A stretch of DNA of 64,000 nt, taken from positions 18,104,001 to 18,168,000 of the forward strand of contig OX442314.1 of the NCBI GenBank assembly GCA_949358305.1, in the 5' to 3' direction. The notes under the pieces were generated by a model. That model was not told where the DNA came from. It did not search any database and worked only from the letters and a program-made list of their open reading frames with translations. The number at the start of each line of letters is the position of its first letter. Position 1 is the stretch's first letter. This DNA comes from Strigamia acuminata. Lineage: Eukaryota. The translations under genes were made by a program, and so were the position numbers. Shown piece by piece: positions 1 through 15,106 of the stretch.

Positions 1-1947
1 AGAGGTAAGGATCCACCCAAACCGCGGATCACCAGGTTAATGAATGATTCGCTTGATTTCTCCGATCCGATTTCGGCGAGTGGATACACACGCTTCCGAA
101 ACAACACCTTCAGCCACCACCGAGTCATTTGTGGAGACGATTGCAATGCGCAAGTGCTACTCACTTCCAAGCAAACACTTAAGATGTTTATTTACGAGAA
201 ATTCAAACTAAAAGGTCGTAAACATTGTATCTCATCCCGTTTCCCTAGCTTCTCCCATCCGCTACTATCAAAACATCATTGATTTATTTAAAAAATCAAA
301 ATAAAAAAAACAATAATCTACAGGCTAAATAAAAAAATTTATTTTTCAAATTCCATTTTTTATTTATTACGAATTTTATCATTTCGCTTCACATTTTCCC
401 CATAAATTTTCACTACCTCGTTTGCATCACTGTAGAGGTCCTCGGATGGCGAGTAGAGTTGTGACGTCACTGTACCATCGATCCATTTTTACTGTGTGGG
501 CGACGAAAGCCCTTTCTCGATGCTCGCCATCGTCTCGTTTGGTCGGCGTCCCTTGTCATGAGGGGCCAGTCATGGATGACGGAACCCATCTCTACATCTT
601 TAAGCCCACACCACAAGATGAGGATTGCTATAACATTCATCAAAGGAGGTAGATGATCCGCTAAAACCATTTCCTTATTCTCAACTTGTACTATTCATCT
701 TGCATTATCCAGCGTTTCACGTTTTGCGAATAATTAATCACCCAATCCTCTGTTACAAGTGCTCTCCTTCGCATTTTTATTTCCGTCGCTAAAGCACAGC
801 ACATTCTCTTTTGCCTTCGACACTTTCCATAAACATTTTACTTCATTCACACAATCAATAAGTATGAGAAAAAACCAATAGAAACCGGAAGATGGGTTTT
901 TCTATTTTGTACCTGGAGGTGTAGATTGTTTTGCACAAAAACAAAACCAAAGAAAAATATTTTTTTTTTAATCCCAAGTCAATTTTTCGTAAAAGAAAAC
1001 ATAAAAGAGTCATAATGAGTTCCCATGACGACAGACAGAAATCTCAATTCCATTCTAGATCACGACATAATGGCGTGATTCATCAATACCCTAGGGCAAG
1101 TAAAATCCACGGCCGCGACCCTCTCGGAGGGTCCCTCTACCCCAACCCCTCGGTACAATCCTATCCCTTTATCAATGAGATCACTCTATTCTAACTGCTA
1201 ATACGAACACGAAAATGGTGTCTGGCAGAGAAAACAAGGCGGTGCTTTGCTCGTTTATTTTCTACGTTTTAGTAACAAACCGCTATATTTTTGCTTTAAA
1301 AACGTATTAATTTGTTCGTGTCTTTCTGAATCCTGACCCACGACTTAACCATTTAATTCCTGTGGCTTTATAGGATGTGTTCACATTTGACATTTTTGTA
1401 GCGTCACTTACACGCCAGTGCAACGTCACACATTTGGCAATTTTCCAACTCCGTGCACACATATATTCCCATTCAGCAGTTTCTCGTCAGATTGGCAGTT
1501 TATTAAACTCCAATATTTTTTCAATTTTTTTGTATTACAAATTCCCCTTTAAATTAAACCCGGAACTACTATTTACCCAGTCTGTGTCAACTGCAGACAT
1601 GGTCTGATAATATCTCCTTTTGTCTCTAAAAGATAAAGTGAAACATGTAAATGCATTTTACACAATCAAGTATATTCCTTCCAGTTAAATTGGCATTGGA
1701 AAATACAAGTTTTTTCTTATATCCGTGTCATCAGTCGATTACGTTTCTGGCACGAGGGAATGCCAACGCCAGTTGTTCGATATTTTATTAGCTCTGTTCA
1801 CTCGTTGACAGAGGGTGTTCTGTATTTCAGTTATTCGTTTATAAAACCTCTATTATTTGATTTTTTTAAAACTCGTTTTTCTAAATTGACTTCTAGCCTC
1901 TATTTTCTTTATTTCTAGTTTAAGTGTATCAACTGTATAGTCACACA

Positions 1948-4667
1948 ATGCCAGTCCCGAATATTAATAACCCGGCAATGCGCCGCCAAGCGGTGCTTAT
2001 GGTGGGTAAACTGATCCGCACCAAAAACGCACAGTCACTGGAATCTGCACCAACAACCGGCAAAGAAAAACTTAAAGTAAAGCATACACTTTTCTTAATG
2101 TAAAGAATATTATTATTTCAACCTGTTGTTTTCATTAGAAATGTCTAACCACCTTGGACCTGACTTCCCTCGGTGTAGGGAGTTGTGTTGGAACTGGAAT
2201 GTATTTAGTTGCTGGTATGGTAGCACACAAAATTGCCGGTCCAGGTGTTGTGCTCTCATTTATGATCGCTGCCATTGCTTCCATATTTTCTGGTATGTAA
2301 ACTCAGTAAAATGTCAGTAAAACAAAAGTCTCAATTCCATTACTGTTTTTCAGGCGTTTGTTACGCCGAGTTTGGTGTACGCGTGCCTCACACAACAGGT
2401 TCTGCGTACATGTACAGTTACGTGACAGTGGGTGAATTCTTAGCCTTTGTTATCGGTTGGAACATGGTGCTAGAGTACCTAATAGGTACCTCTGCTTGTG
2501 CTTGCGCTCTGAGCGCGTGTTTCGATTCATTAAGCAATAGAGCTATCACAGACACCTTTGCCAGTGCTTTGGGAACAATGTTTGGTAAGATGGTTAACTG
2601 TTGTTTAATTTGATTTAAATTTTATCCATTTTCTTTTAAATTTTCGCGTGAATAGGGAGACCACCAGACGTCCTGGCCTTTTGTATTTGCATCTTAATGA
2701 CCATTTTGATGGTGGCAGGTGTGAAGAAGTCGTTGGTTTTCAATAACGTCCTTAACGCAGTCAACTTGAGTGTTTGGGCTTTCATCATGGGCGCTGGTCT
2801 ATTCTACGCTGATAGTACTAATTGGTCAGAACACAAAGGATTCATGCCTTTTGGATGGTCAGGGGTCAGTATTCTTTTCTTTTTTTTAAATGTTTTAATA
2901 GGCTAAATGGAAATTTCGCTATTTTTAGGTGTTAACAGGCGCAGCCACTTGCTTTTATGCTTTTATCGGATTTGACATAATCGCCACGACTGGCGAAGAA
3001 GCCCACAACCCAAAAAGAGACATTCCATTGGCGATCATAGTCAGTCTGGGCATCATTCTTTTAGCTTACGTTACATCTTCAATGATGTTAACACTTATCG
3101 TACCTTTTGATAAAATAGACCCTAGTTCTGCTTTAGTTGAAATGTTTGCCTACAGAGGCTCTATGAATGCCAAATATATCGTATCAGTTGGAGCCCTGGC
3201 TGGACTAACTGTATCCATGTTCGGTTCCATGTTCCCTATGCCACGAGTCGTGTATGCAATGGCCAAAGACGGCCTCATATTCAAGTAATCATCACATAGT
3301 TTAATGCAAATCAAAACACTTTTTGCAGTTTGCTCACTTATTTTGTGTCACAATAGAATACTGGCCTCGATTTGGCCTCTCACTGGCACCCCGGCCATCG
3401 CAACGTGCATTTTTGGTTTTGCAGCTGCAGTCGCGTCTCTCGTAATTCGTCTTGAAATCCTCGTCGAAATGATGTCAATAGGTAATAGTAATACCAAAGA
3501 CGAGGCAAATCCAATTGTAAATATTGTTTATTCTATTTAAAAGGCACACTGCTAGCTTACACACTTGTCTCCACTTGCGTCCTCATTTTGAGATATCAAC
3601 CAGAAAAATCGACACTGGCAGAAATGTTACCGGACTCATTTAAACAACTCGAAGAAGAATACGGCGTGCAGCACGCCCGACAACCCTCACCGTCACCTTA
3701 CGAACCACATCACGTCACTTGGGACGACACAGAAAACACGCGCACTTACGACGATCAAGCAACACTCATCGACAATACTAAAGCACCAAAGTCGGGCAGC
3801 ATAGACAAGGGCTATGGAGCCGTCCAAGAAGAGACCGAATCTGCTCCTCCTAAAGGTCCAGGCCCTTTTGATGGTGTCTTTAAAAGGCTGGAAATTCTTT
3901 GTCCACGAGTGTTTCCGTGGCGTGATAGAAATCCAGCTACAGATGAATCGGGACAACTTGTATTAAAATTAGTCGGCATCCTGTATCTCTGCATTGTCAT
4001 CTTGGACATTATTGTTGTGTGTGAAATAAGGGATCTGGAAGAAGGATCTACCGCCGCCATGGTTTTCATCTTTCTTTTCTTAATTATTATCGTCGGTATA
4101 TTGCTTTTCATTTCGAGAAAACCACAAAATAGGTACACGTTTCGACTACTCCCTAAACCACTTTTGTATATATTTTATTATATTTTTATACAGAAAAACT
4201 CTGAAGTTTATGACTCCAGGCCTGCCGTTTGTCCCAGCTATTGCCATAACGGTCAACATTTATTTAATTTTCAAACTTTCCATTCTGACTTTAGTTCGTT
4301 TTACAGTGTGGATGATAATTGGTGAGATTTTAGCTTTTTATTTTTAAATATCTATTTTCTTACTCCAATTATAATTACTTTAGGATTATTCGTCTACTTC
4401 TACTACGGCATTAAAAACAGTACTTTGAATTCGGAGTTCGAACAACCTATGGAAATGCGGCCACACGAGGACGTAGCCAATGACGTTTCGATGGACACAA
4501 AAACCGATCCTCAAGATATTTATAGTCAGCAGCAACCGCAATATCAACAGCACCAACACCAAGTTCCCACCCAACACCAAGTTCCCACCCAGCAACAAGC
4601 GAGCAGTGTGTCTAATCCGAACGCTTATTGGGATCCAGTTCAACAAGCTGAAGCTGCCTGGGACTAA
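1948..4667 (+). CDS. SLC7A14: Cationic amino acid transporter, SLC7A14-like (multi-exon)
   Basis: ATG at 1948 ([26 protein letters not shown]), first intron 2077-2138, then [26 protein letters not shown]. Later exons give [66 protein letters not shown] and [10 protein letters not shown]. These SLC7A14-type signatures are split by short GT-AG introns; stop TAA ends at 4667. Confidence 0.9.
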
Positions 4668-7600
4668 ACTAAAGTTGAATCCCGTCACCACCTCTATAGG
4701 ACCACTTGGGAAACATTAATTATTGCTGTAATAACTTTTCTCATTTTTTCCTCTCTCAATATCGTAATGCTAATCATTGAGCATCCGTATAGCATAAGCA
4801 ATACTCTCGGTGTGTTGTTTGATTGAAGATGGTCAATAAGGTCAAACATTTTAATTCTAATTCATTTGCTTAGTAAGTTTGCTTTCATCTGGTTTTAAAA
4901 GTGCACCTGTACATAATATAATATTATTCTCACAATGTACCATACATTATAAATATTGAGGTATAAAATCCTGTAAATGTGATATAGTAGAGTTTAAAAA
5001 GCAATATAATATAAGATATATAATAAAATATATATATCAAAATATAAATACATATTATGTCGAAAAAAAATGCTACCTAATGTATTATTCAATTTGTACC
5101 TTATAAATATGAATTGAATTTACTTGCGGTAAGGCGGAAGCCGGGGACATGGTGCAATACGAAGTAAAATTACCGTGGTTCGTCATTTAATGATGAATGC
5201 TAAAATTCTAATGGACAGAAGATTTTTTCGAATGTTTTACTCCATTGATTTTATGGATTCGGAATTTTTTTTTAAATTCGCTACACGATCAATTATAATC
5301 TGTATTTATTTGTGTGATATTTGAAGAAAAAAAAATCAATGCAATTGTGTGTGACATATTAAAAAAAAAAAATGCATCCCTCCATGGATGATAAAGATAT
5401 GGAATGATAAAAAAAAAAGTGTGACGTTATTCTTGATTTACACAATGAAAAAAGCATAAAATATTAAATGTATAAATTATTGAATTTCTTTATATGTTCG
5501 ACTGCTGTAGTGTGTGTGTATGTCATAAAAATGAATGGAAGGCATCTTGTATCGCAATTAAACAGAAAATCACAGTTGTAATGGTCCTACAAAACTCGAG
5601 TTTGCTTGATTATGGCACTGCCATCTAGCTTACAGATATAATTTCAATTGGTTAGCTGCATTCGGCTGATAATAGCAATTACGAGTTTCATATAAGCTGC
5701 TCAAAAGAATTTTTTCATCTTTTGTGCCTCTTATGAACTCCTTGAAGCAACCTACGCAAAATCATTTCGCTTCACGAGATGACAGGTGCAGATTATTTCA
5801 CAATTTTCAATGAAAATCACTGAAATGGAAATGAATAGGGGCGCGTATGTTTTAAATTTCTTTTATATCTAGCAACACATCTTACGGTTTTTTTTTACGT
5901 TCGAAGAAAACCCACTCGCAAATGTAATGGAAAGTAAACATTTAAATATAAATTGAACCCTTTGCCCTTCAGCTTTGCTGCACTACACCAACGAATTAAA
6001 TGTCAAATGTTAAAAAATTGAGTAAAAAAATTCAAGTTTTGAAAGAAAATTGATTTTTAATATTTTACAACAGTTGTGTACAAAAGGCTTTCTCCATGGG
6101 AAGTAATTTGATATTTTGCAATGATCCAATAACCCATAAAGTCTAAAGTCGTTATCCACCTTCCTCGACAACGTCTAATCTCTTTCTCAACATGACAAAT
6201 TGACAGAACCAGTAGACCCAAAGGAATGACAGGGCAGAAAAATGATGAAGCAACGAGTGTTGACCAGTCGGCTGAAGTTTACTGGGCCGCAAAACAAGGT
6301 CGTCTGTAAAGGTTCCAACTACTTGTACTTCTCCGCAGAGACTTGCCCGCTCACGATTTTCTCCATCACTTCTCTCCCCATTTTATCGTATTGGAAACCT
6401 CCACATAACAACACAAAGACGAGACGAGACGCATAGCCGCAGAGAGTTTCGATCGAAAACCATCCGACTGCCTGTTGGCAATATCTTCTACTCAAGAGGA
6501 TCAAACAAATTCCTCAGCTTTGCAGAAAACGATCGCGAAACACAAAATAAATTAAGCACGATCGACAAAATTCGAACGAGTTTGTGTTGCGCAACAAAGC
6601 AAATCTAATATTTTTATTCACTAGAAAAATCTTGTAAATAAAATCAGGAGAAAAATAAAATAAAATAAAACTGGATTTGTAGTTTGAGCACGAATAAATG
6701 GTAAAAGGTGACCCACATTTGGCTGAGCGCACAGCTTGTTTGACCGGTGTTTTCGATCACATGGGGATGGGAAATGAAGTTGACACGGCTGAATGTACAC
6801 CAGCTCAGAAGCTATCAAAAGAAGTTGCCACTAGATCAAAGCAGACTTGATCTAAAAGGAGCCATTAAAAATGGAGTCAATTTCCTAGCGTTTAATTCAA
6901 CGGCAAACTTTGATGTTTACATCAAATTTCGTTGTATAATTTATAACAAAAATCAGACTATTTTTATAGGATGGGGGTAAGTTTGTTCCGTCATTGCGTG
7001 GTATGAAAAATGTCAAGTTTTCTTCCGATGGCATTTTTATGGGTTTGCTTATGAAAAAATTCTTGTTTTTATTTTTATCTTTAAAGACAATAAAATCAAA
7101 CGTTCGTTATAGTTTGGGTTGATAAGTTAAAGCTGAGACGACAACTAAAGAAGAGAATAAATGGCGTATTGATCGGCAAGAAATGCAGTTTCGAGAGAGA
7201 TTCTGTGGCATTGAAATAGCTCCAAATGAAATGTTTTCCGATTGGTTTCTTCACTTTTACACAAACGACTTGGAGGGATCAATGACGAAACTCATTTTAC
7301 AGATAAATTCAATTGATATATAATCTCGTCCTTATTTTTCCTAGGGATACCGGCAAAAAAAAGAAATTAACAACGCAAAAAGAAGCATTAAAAATCTGCA
7401 TTTCATTACAAATCCAATAACCAAAATGAAAAACCCAATAGTCCAACTGCAAACGGTCGAAATGGAATATTAAATCTTTTCCCATTAACAATTCTCGTGC
7501 ATCTCAAGACTTATCAAAGTTTTTTCTGTTTTGAAATATAAATCATTAAAAAAAATTGCGATGCGACTCACAAACAGACATCATTAGAAGCGACTGGCGC

Positions 7601-8809
7601 CATCCATGTCTCAGCTTGGCGACTGAGAAAATGCAATACAGCAGTGGGCTAGGCGTATTTCATTACGGGAATCAATTCTTATAATCACCTACACAAGAGC
7701 TCTATTACGACCAGATTAACGTCACATATAAAGTGAACAAAGATTAAACATAAATGGTCGATGGAACTAAAGCATGCATTCAAACGAATGTATTTTATAG
7801 GTCAGTTTAATTTTTTAAGTGTTTGCTCTCAAACATAATAGTAGTCGGTTTTGTTTTAAGCGCATAAGGGAGTTAACGGGAGTTAAAATTTCACTTAGAA
7901 TTCAAGCTTGTCGGGAAAGGAAAACTATTAAAAATTTACAACGGAATAAAAAAATAAAATTGGAAACTAAATAATCCAAATACTCTGTGGCTTTGAATTA
8001 AAAATAGAGATTAAAACGTAATGGTTTCTTAGGAGACTTTACCGAGATACTAATAACAAGAGAAGAAGAAATATAGCAATCACGATGATCAAAATATCAT
8101 TAGACGTACATGAAGCAAAGAAATTTGACAGCATGTCATTGGAAAAGTTTCTTCCTTCCTTAATAAATCGACAAGAAAAGCTAACCCTGAATGATGGTTT
8201 TGGTTTTCCATCAGTTTGAAACGCATCATTACCTCAAAGGTCAAGTGCACTAAAATCTGCTCTCGGTCCCTATTAAAACCCACAAAAAATTGACTCAATT
8301 TGCAGGTTTTAGTTTTGATAGCGATGCATCATGGGAACCTCAAGTTTAGCTACACTAAATCCCAGGTTTTAACGCTCATGGTGTGATATAAAAATAATAA
8401 AAAAATAAATACCCAATAATCGCAAGTACTCGATTGAATAGAGTGAAATAATTGTGGATAATATTAAAACTCCTTGTATTTTAATAAAAGCAAAAATAGT
8501 AACCTATCACAAACATTTTTATTTCGTTTTTCCGTTTCAATAAAGTTTGATCAATGCCCACATTTCAAACGCCCATAAAAATTCTTTTACTTCGCCTTCT
8601 CATACTAATTGATGGATGAACCAATAAGGCGCAGGCGCAGCCGGGGTTCAGTAGATTCAAGCCATCACCCACTCCGTTCGACGTTGCAGTCAGTCTTCAA
8701 CGCCCCCGCCACACGCGCATTACAGAATCTTTCTCCACAACTCGAGATTCTGCCTCACCGTTTCGCTCTTCCCAACGATGTTTTTACTTTTTCTCTCACC
8801 TACGACATT

Positions 8810-11800
8810 ATGAATGGTCTTAATTCCGTCTTATCGTTTGGATTGGGGGAGCTCTTACGCGATATTTGGGAGACAATATCGAGAAGAAAAACTTGCCAAG
8901 TGTCCAATACTGAACAAAATCCTAAAAAACCACTCACCCTCGTGGATGTCACTTGTCTAGGTAAGTGAAATCGATTGCCATGTGCAGTTTCATTATCTTT
9001 TTTTTTTTAAATATTAAATCAATATCTTTTAGTTAAAGAATGAAAAAATTCTATTACGGTACAATATGTTTATATCAAATTGTCATTTTCACTTCAATGG
9101 AAGTTCTCAAGCGTTGGTTATTGCTATAAATTATCGCCCAGCGTAATTTTGTAAATTTTACATTTGAATAGGCACTTCATGTGCTGTTACAAACAAAATT
9201 TTAACGAGACCTGCAGGTAAAATAACACATTTATTATGACGCGCGCAAGGTCATGTAAAGTAATTAAAACATCAGCTCAAAGGAAAGACAATTAAAGATG
9301 ATAAACATCTTTGACGCTGCTAAATTGAATTTTCGCTAAAATTGTATAAAAATAAATAGAACGCACATTACCAGCGTAAATACACATCAACATATTATGT
9401 AACGTTCAGCTATCAATATCACCGACAAATAAACTATCGCAAAATGACAATTTTTTGCTTAATGAATATTTTTATAAATACTGTAGATTTAATTATTACC
9501 GCATACTCGAACAAAAACTTCTTTTTAAAAATTCCCACAAACTTTGAAATATCGACCGATCTATCCTTTGATTCTATAACGTCACCTACAACTGTCAATG
9601 AAAATTCGTTTAATATCGACTGTTTGCTCTGAAATTGTTTCTCTACGTGAATTTTCTCTTCCAGATTAGAAATGTTCGCATTTCCTAGTGATGCGAACGT
9701 AATGCCAAGTTCCTTTAATTGTTTCATCTTCTCAAATTGCGTTTTCATCGAAAGTTCCTTAATTTTCCGGGAAATGTTTTCAACAAGCGAGTAGTTAAAA
9801 GTACAAAGAATAAAAAAAAAAGTCATCAATTTCTTCGGAGAATTTAAATACGATGAAACGAGAAAGAAATTTAAAACGAAATAAAGCGGGTAAAAGCGAA
9901 AACGTCGTACTCGAGGATTATATTACGGATCATTTGAATAGCGGTAGTAATCCTTCTATTTAGAAAAAAAAATACACTCTCATGATTCATGTTGAAGAAA
10001 CGAGAACGACGCGTGTCTCGTCATGTCTAAATTACTAACTGTTCATCACTTTTAATTGCCCTTCTCTCGCTGATTAATTAATTAATCACTGATTTTTTAA
10101 CGATGGCATTAAAAACGTTGGATTTAACCCAATAATCCACTGCAGTCAAAATCAATTTCATCATTTTCTGTGTCCATAAATACAAAGCAATTTATTTATG
10201 AATAATTGATCACCGAGATTTATCCTTATCGACAAATCCTGTTTAAATTATTTTAAAAACACGCCCTCTATTGATTCAATCGAACACCTACAACCTAAAT
10301 TTAAAAACAAAACAAAAAAACTAATTACCATGACACCAAGCACATTTGAAAGATAATACTCATAAAGAAATTCCTTTAACTGCTCTGATTTTTTTCTCTT
10401 TTTGCTTTTCTTTTTCAAATGCACGTTTCCTCGCATAAAGCAGTGAGCGGAAGAAATCCTTCCGCGTGCCAACGAATAATGTTTGAAAAAATAAAATATT
10501 AAAATATCAAATAAATAAAACTGCACTTTTTCTCAACTCGCGCTATTTCTGCATTCGCCTCCGAACATGCACAAAAAACATCTTTATAAATTTGCTTTCA
10601 AGGCAAATGGCACGAACCACATCACGTACCCAACGAAAAAAAAATGTAAATAAGAAGAAAAAATTGAGAAAAAGTGAAGAAGAGAAACACGCTGAGAGCC
10701 AAATCTAAATTGCGTTTTCGTTTTACGATGTCTCTTCTAACATGAAAATAACAACATTATTATTTTGCAACCATCAACTTTAACTTCCAAACATTAAAAC
10801 CACTAGGTTTTACCTTCGTTTCTAGCTAAAGTGCCTCAAATTAAATTTTAATCCATTAAACCCTGCTCTATAGGTGTAATCAGCACGCTCGGTACCGGTG
10901 TTTACGTCATCTTGGGCCAAGTTTCCAGAGAAAATGCTGGGCCTTCTGTGGTTCTTTCCTACTTATACGCTTCCGTGGCCACATTTCTGACAGGTAAAAT
11001 CTACAAAGCCAAAATAACAAGTTTACAAACTCATTCCATTAACATTACTACGAATAAAGGCCTGTGCTACTCGGAGCTGGGATCCCGGTTTCCTAGAGCG
11101 GGATCAGCGTACGTCTACGCATACGCAACCATGGGAGAATTTGTTGGTTTTCTAATTGGTGATTAACGTATTGATTCACCCGAGTAGATAGCGACTGAAT
11201 AATACACTGCCTTTATGTAGACATTTATTTATGTAATTTATTCTATAGGATGGAATCTCATTCTCGAATTAGCTTTGGGAGCTTCGGTGGCCAGTAAAGC
11301 TTGCATTCAATATGTGGATGCGTTATCTAATCATTCACTGAGCAATTGCTTGCACGATAAAGGTGTTGGTGTTCCATTAGTAGCAGGTGTCAAGCCGCTG
11401 GACCGATCACTCGATCTTCCTGCCTCGATTTTGGTAGTCGTGGTTACCATAGCTCTCATCACTAACGTAAAGGTCAGTCATTATTTTATTTATTCACTTT
11501 TCGGGTGAATTTTTTTATATCAATTTTTGTTTTAGATATTATGCGTTCTTAATAATCTTTTAACCTCTTTGGGAGTGCTGCTGCTCGCTGCTATCATTTT
11601 AGTGGGTATTAGTCACACTAATTCCTCCAACTGGACGAAGAGCCCCGGATTTTTCCCAAATAGCATCTCGGGGGTAAGCAAACCAATTTTTATTTTTCCA
11701 TTTAAGTGTAATAAAATTTCATTAGGGCAAACTTCCATCACTGCGCACGAAAAAGCCAAGAAAGTGGTTCATGAAAAACACATAATATTACAATCAATTC

Positions 11801-13333
11801 CAATACAGATATACAGAATACCCATAAACCCATGCACGTATTTCTATGGCTTTTCCCACCGGTGCCCACATTTTTTCTTCTTTTTCTTTTGTGAAAAAAA
11901 AATAACACCAAAATAACTACTAAAGAGATAACTAAAGATTACATAGTTAAATTGAATTTTTTTTAAAATATAAGCGCATTACTTTGTCATCCTCAGATTA
12001 TCTGCGCCGCTTCCACGTCGGCCTACTCGTTTATTGGATATGAAGTAATGGCAGGAGCAGCTGGTGAAACGCTGACATCTCATGGTCAAATTCTTGCCAG
12101 TGCCAATGTTTGTGCCTTTGTTCTCGGGCTTCTCGTGGCATTTCCAACAGCCGCTTTTCTTACTCTTTTCATCCCGTTCTATCAGATAAACGAACAAGCC
12201 CCATTGCTCCACGCATTCGAAACGGCAGAAATAAGCGTCAGTGTTCGATATCTCATAGTGGCAGGAGCTTTTAGTGCACTATTGGGATCCATAATAGCCG
12301 CCTTATTCTCTTTAAGCCGTCTATTACATAAAATGTCTCAAGACGGTCTACTTTTCCGCGGATTAAATCGTGTTTCCAAAACGGGTGTGCCGTGGACGTC
12401 GACACTTGCAGGTGGAATATCAGTAGCGGCGATCACTTTGATTCTAGATCAACATACTTTGGTGGAGATATTGGGTTTTGGAGTGTTAATTTCCTCCGTG
12501 TCAGTGGCTGCATCCATTCTGGTTCTGCGCTACGGCGTAAACATGTACTTACTCGACGAAAACAACTCGTCGGCCCAAGTTTCGCCGACCTGCGCCCCGC
12601 CGTACACGTGGCACTACCTAGACGGCGCGTGGACGAAAGCAAGTCCCCAAAATTCTCCCCAGTCTCAGCGGGAAACAACTCAACTACTTTCACCCGAAGT
12701 GCAAGAAAACAACGACGCGAACCCTGAAAAATCGCCGTCTGACGACGATTCGAGCGACGTGCTGAAATGCCAACGCTACGGCATCAACACTGCGCCTCGT
12801 CAAATGGCAGTTGAGTACATCAACGATGCATTTTCAGTCAGTTTGCTCACGGATCAAATTCCTAAGCGTGTCCCCACGTCATCGTCGAGCCGGAATTCCG
12901 CTATTATCATCATTGCGATGTTAATTCTTGTTGGATTTATCGCAATCTTCACTCGTTTTCAACATCATATCCCAATCTGGACACAAGTAGTCACAATATC
13001 AACTATTATTCTTATAATAATTTTGATTATATTTCTTCTGCGTCAGCCAAAACATTCCCCCCGTGTTCGTCACAAAGTGCCCTGCATACCTGCTCTTCCT
13101 GTCGGTGCAATTTTGCTTCACCTGCCGCTTTTAGTTTATTTGCCGCTGGACGCGTGGTTGCGGACGTGCGTGTGGACATTCATGGGTAATCTACAATTAA
13201 AATTTTTTAATTTTTAATTAAATATTATATTTATTTTTCTCTAGGTTTTGTGATCTATTCTTTGTATAGTGCTCGGCATAGTAAAGAAAGGATTTGCTTG
13301 GACGATGAAATCTTGTTGGTGAATAGAGATTAA
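8810..13333 (+). CDS. Divergent cationic amino acid transporter (SLC7 CAT family, multi-exon)
   Basis: Exon 1 8810-8960 (ISRRKT...LTLVDVTCLG), intron 8961-10873, then [70 protein letters not shown] and HKVPCIPALP. Last exon ends at TAA 13331-13333. Confidence 0.85.
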
Positions 13334-14129
13334 AATCAAATCAAACCCCCAAGAACTGTTTGTGTTGAAGGTGGAATAGCAGTATCGGTAGACTACTAAA
13401 TCCAGCAGCTGTTTATATTTATAATAATATAATATAACCAACCCAAATTTGCATTTTATTTTATAAACTGTAGATAATTAAAACAAATTATTTGCAATGT
13501 TTCACATTATTCTGTTAAAATTTTGTGATTTTACGCAGTTGGATGCTCATCGAACGAGACATCAATGTATAAAACTATTAATTATTATAAAAATTGTATC
13601 AAACTAAAACTTACCTAAAACACTCTTCCTGCAGAACAGCAGCGCCCATTTTTCATGAAGTCGTAAGATTCGCCATCACTCGGGAAATAGTGGAACTATT
13701 CAATTTTGAATTCCTGTCTAAAACGGTCCATTTTTCATGACGAATAAAATTGTTTCGAAAAGATAAAGATATTTATTTTAAAGTCGTTACGTTTATCTCC
13801 AAGACCCTAAATTTCTAATTCAACATAGCATCTACTTAATACCCCAATAAGCCGCAAGTGTATTATTAACTAAGGGAATTTTCTTTAATTTATTAAAGAA
13901 AATTGAACGAATCAAAACGTTCTCCAAAATAAATTTCAATATCCAATACTACAAATTTACAACAAAAATCCATCTAAATATAATCAAGCACTATTTACAA
14001 TTTAGACGAGGAGCGAGCCAAATCAAATTCCCAAATAAAAAAATACAATTGATAAAGCAAAAATACAAAAGCAGTTACACGAAATGAAAGTACAGCAGAG
14101 CCATGGAAACTACAAATTCAAAAAAAAAA

Positions 14130-14540
14130 TCACATTCGTGTCTTAAAACGACAAGTATCTCTCGGATTCGTCGGGCATGGATCACAACTCGGATACTCGG
14201 CTGGCGGACACGGAGGAGGAACAATTAGCTGTGAATGTCCTACAGTATTGTAATGTGGATGGGTAGCATTATATATTCCGGGATCAGTTACTTGTCCGTA
14301 GGAGGTGTGTGCTGTCCATGGCTCTTCTCTCTTCATTTCATCTACACATGGTGGAACTTGTGGACATGGTTGAACCACTTGCGGCGCTGGTTGCTTTGCT
14401 GGTTGACATTGCGGCACTGCTGGCTCCACGCATGCTAAAACTGCTGCTGCTTGGCTCCCTCCTCGTTTGCAAATGTCTTGGACTTTCTCGCAACGTCGTT
14501 TAGCCAAATGTATAGGTGGATTACTACATCTTTGCCTCAA
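14130..14540 (-). CDS. Orphan Cys/Pro/Gln-rich coding exon (136 codons, no upstream in-frame ATG)
   Basis: GC-richer, stop-free frame in AT-rich surroundings, preceded on the minus strand by a pyrimidine tract and ...actaaag acceptor (phase 0). I recognise no domain. Confidence 0.5.
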   Translation of the reverse strand: MRQRCSNPPIHLAKRRCEKVQDICKRGGSQAAAVLACVEPAVPQCQPAKQPAPQVVQPCPQVPPCVDEMKREEPWTAHTSYGQVTDPGIYNATHPHYNTVGHSQLIVPPPCPPAEYPSCDPCPTNPRDTCRFKTRM

Positions 14541-15106
14541 CTTTAGTCAATGTGAATTAAAATATAAAGCAAAATTACAATCTTTCTACAAAAATGTTAA
14601 TAAAGAAATTAAGACATTCGTTAACTTTCAGAGAATCACATACGAAAATGTTTTTGTATAAACAGATCACAGAGATTAAATTTTGAACTAATTTATTGTT
14701 TTGTTTAAGAGATCAGATTTCGCTCGAGTCACTGAGGGTGAGGAGAGCAAACAAAAGCCAATCTGCAGACACATTCATAAAGTAATTTAGACTAAACATC
14801 ATATTTAAACTGCTTGTTTCGATCTAACTTCTAAAATTGGCGGTTGGTTTTCAATCGCAGTGGGCATGCGCACGACATTAAGCAAAAAAACATGTTTAAC
14901 TTCCAGTCATATCATACATGAATTTATGAATGCGTCTTCAGGTAAGTCATTCGATCCTCAAGGTTTGTGCAAATTCTTTTTAAAAATTACTGAATATCGA
15001 TTCTCCAGTAGCCGTATGTGTTTCCTGTAGTTATTTTTTAACTTATTAATGTAATTTCATATTTGTTTACATAAAATAAGTTTAAGAAGATTAATAAAAT
15101 ACACAT

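Noticed and set aside
4557..4592. 18-bp tandem duplication (HQVPTQ x2) in the SLC7A14 tail
   Set aside because: Ordinary slippage in a Gln-rich disordered tail.
5140..5225. Possible SECIS or snoRNA (ATGATGA...) downstream of SLC7A14
   Set aside because: There is no in-frame TGA in the gene, no convincing stem and no D box.
6120..6610. GC-richer, coding-like patch between the first two CAT genes
   Set aside because: Only short interrupted frames with no recognisable motif. It could be a decayed gene or TE, but I cannot support a call.
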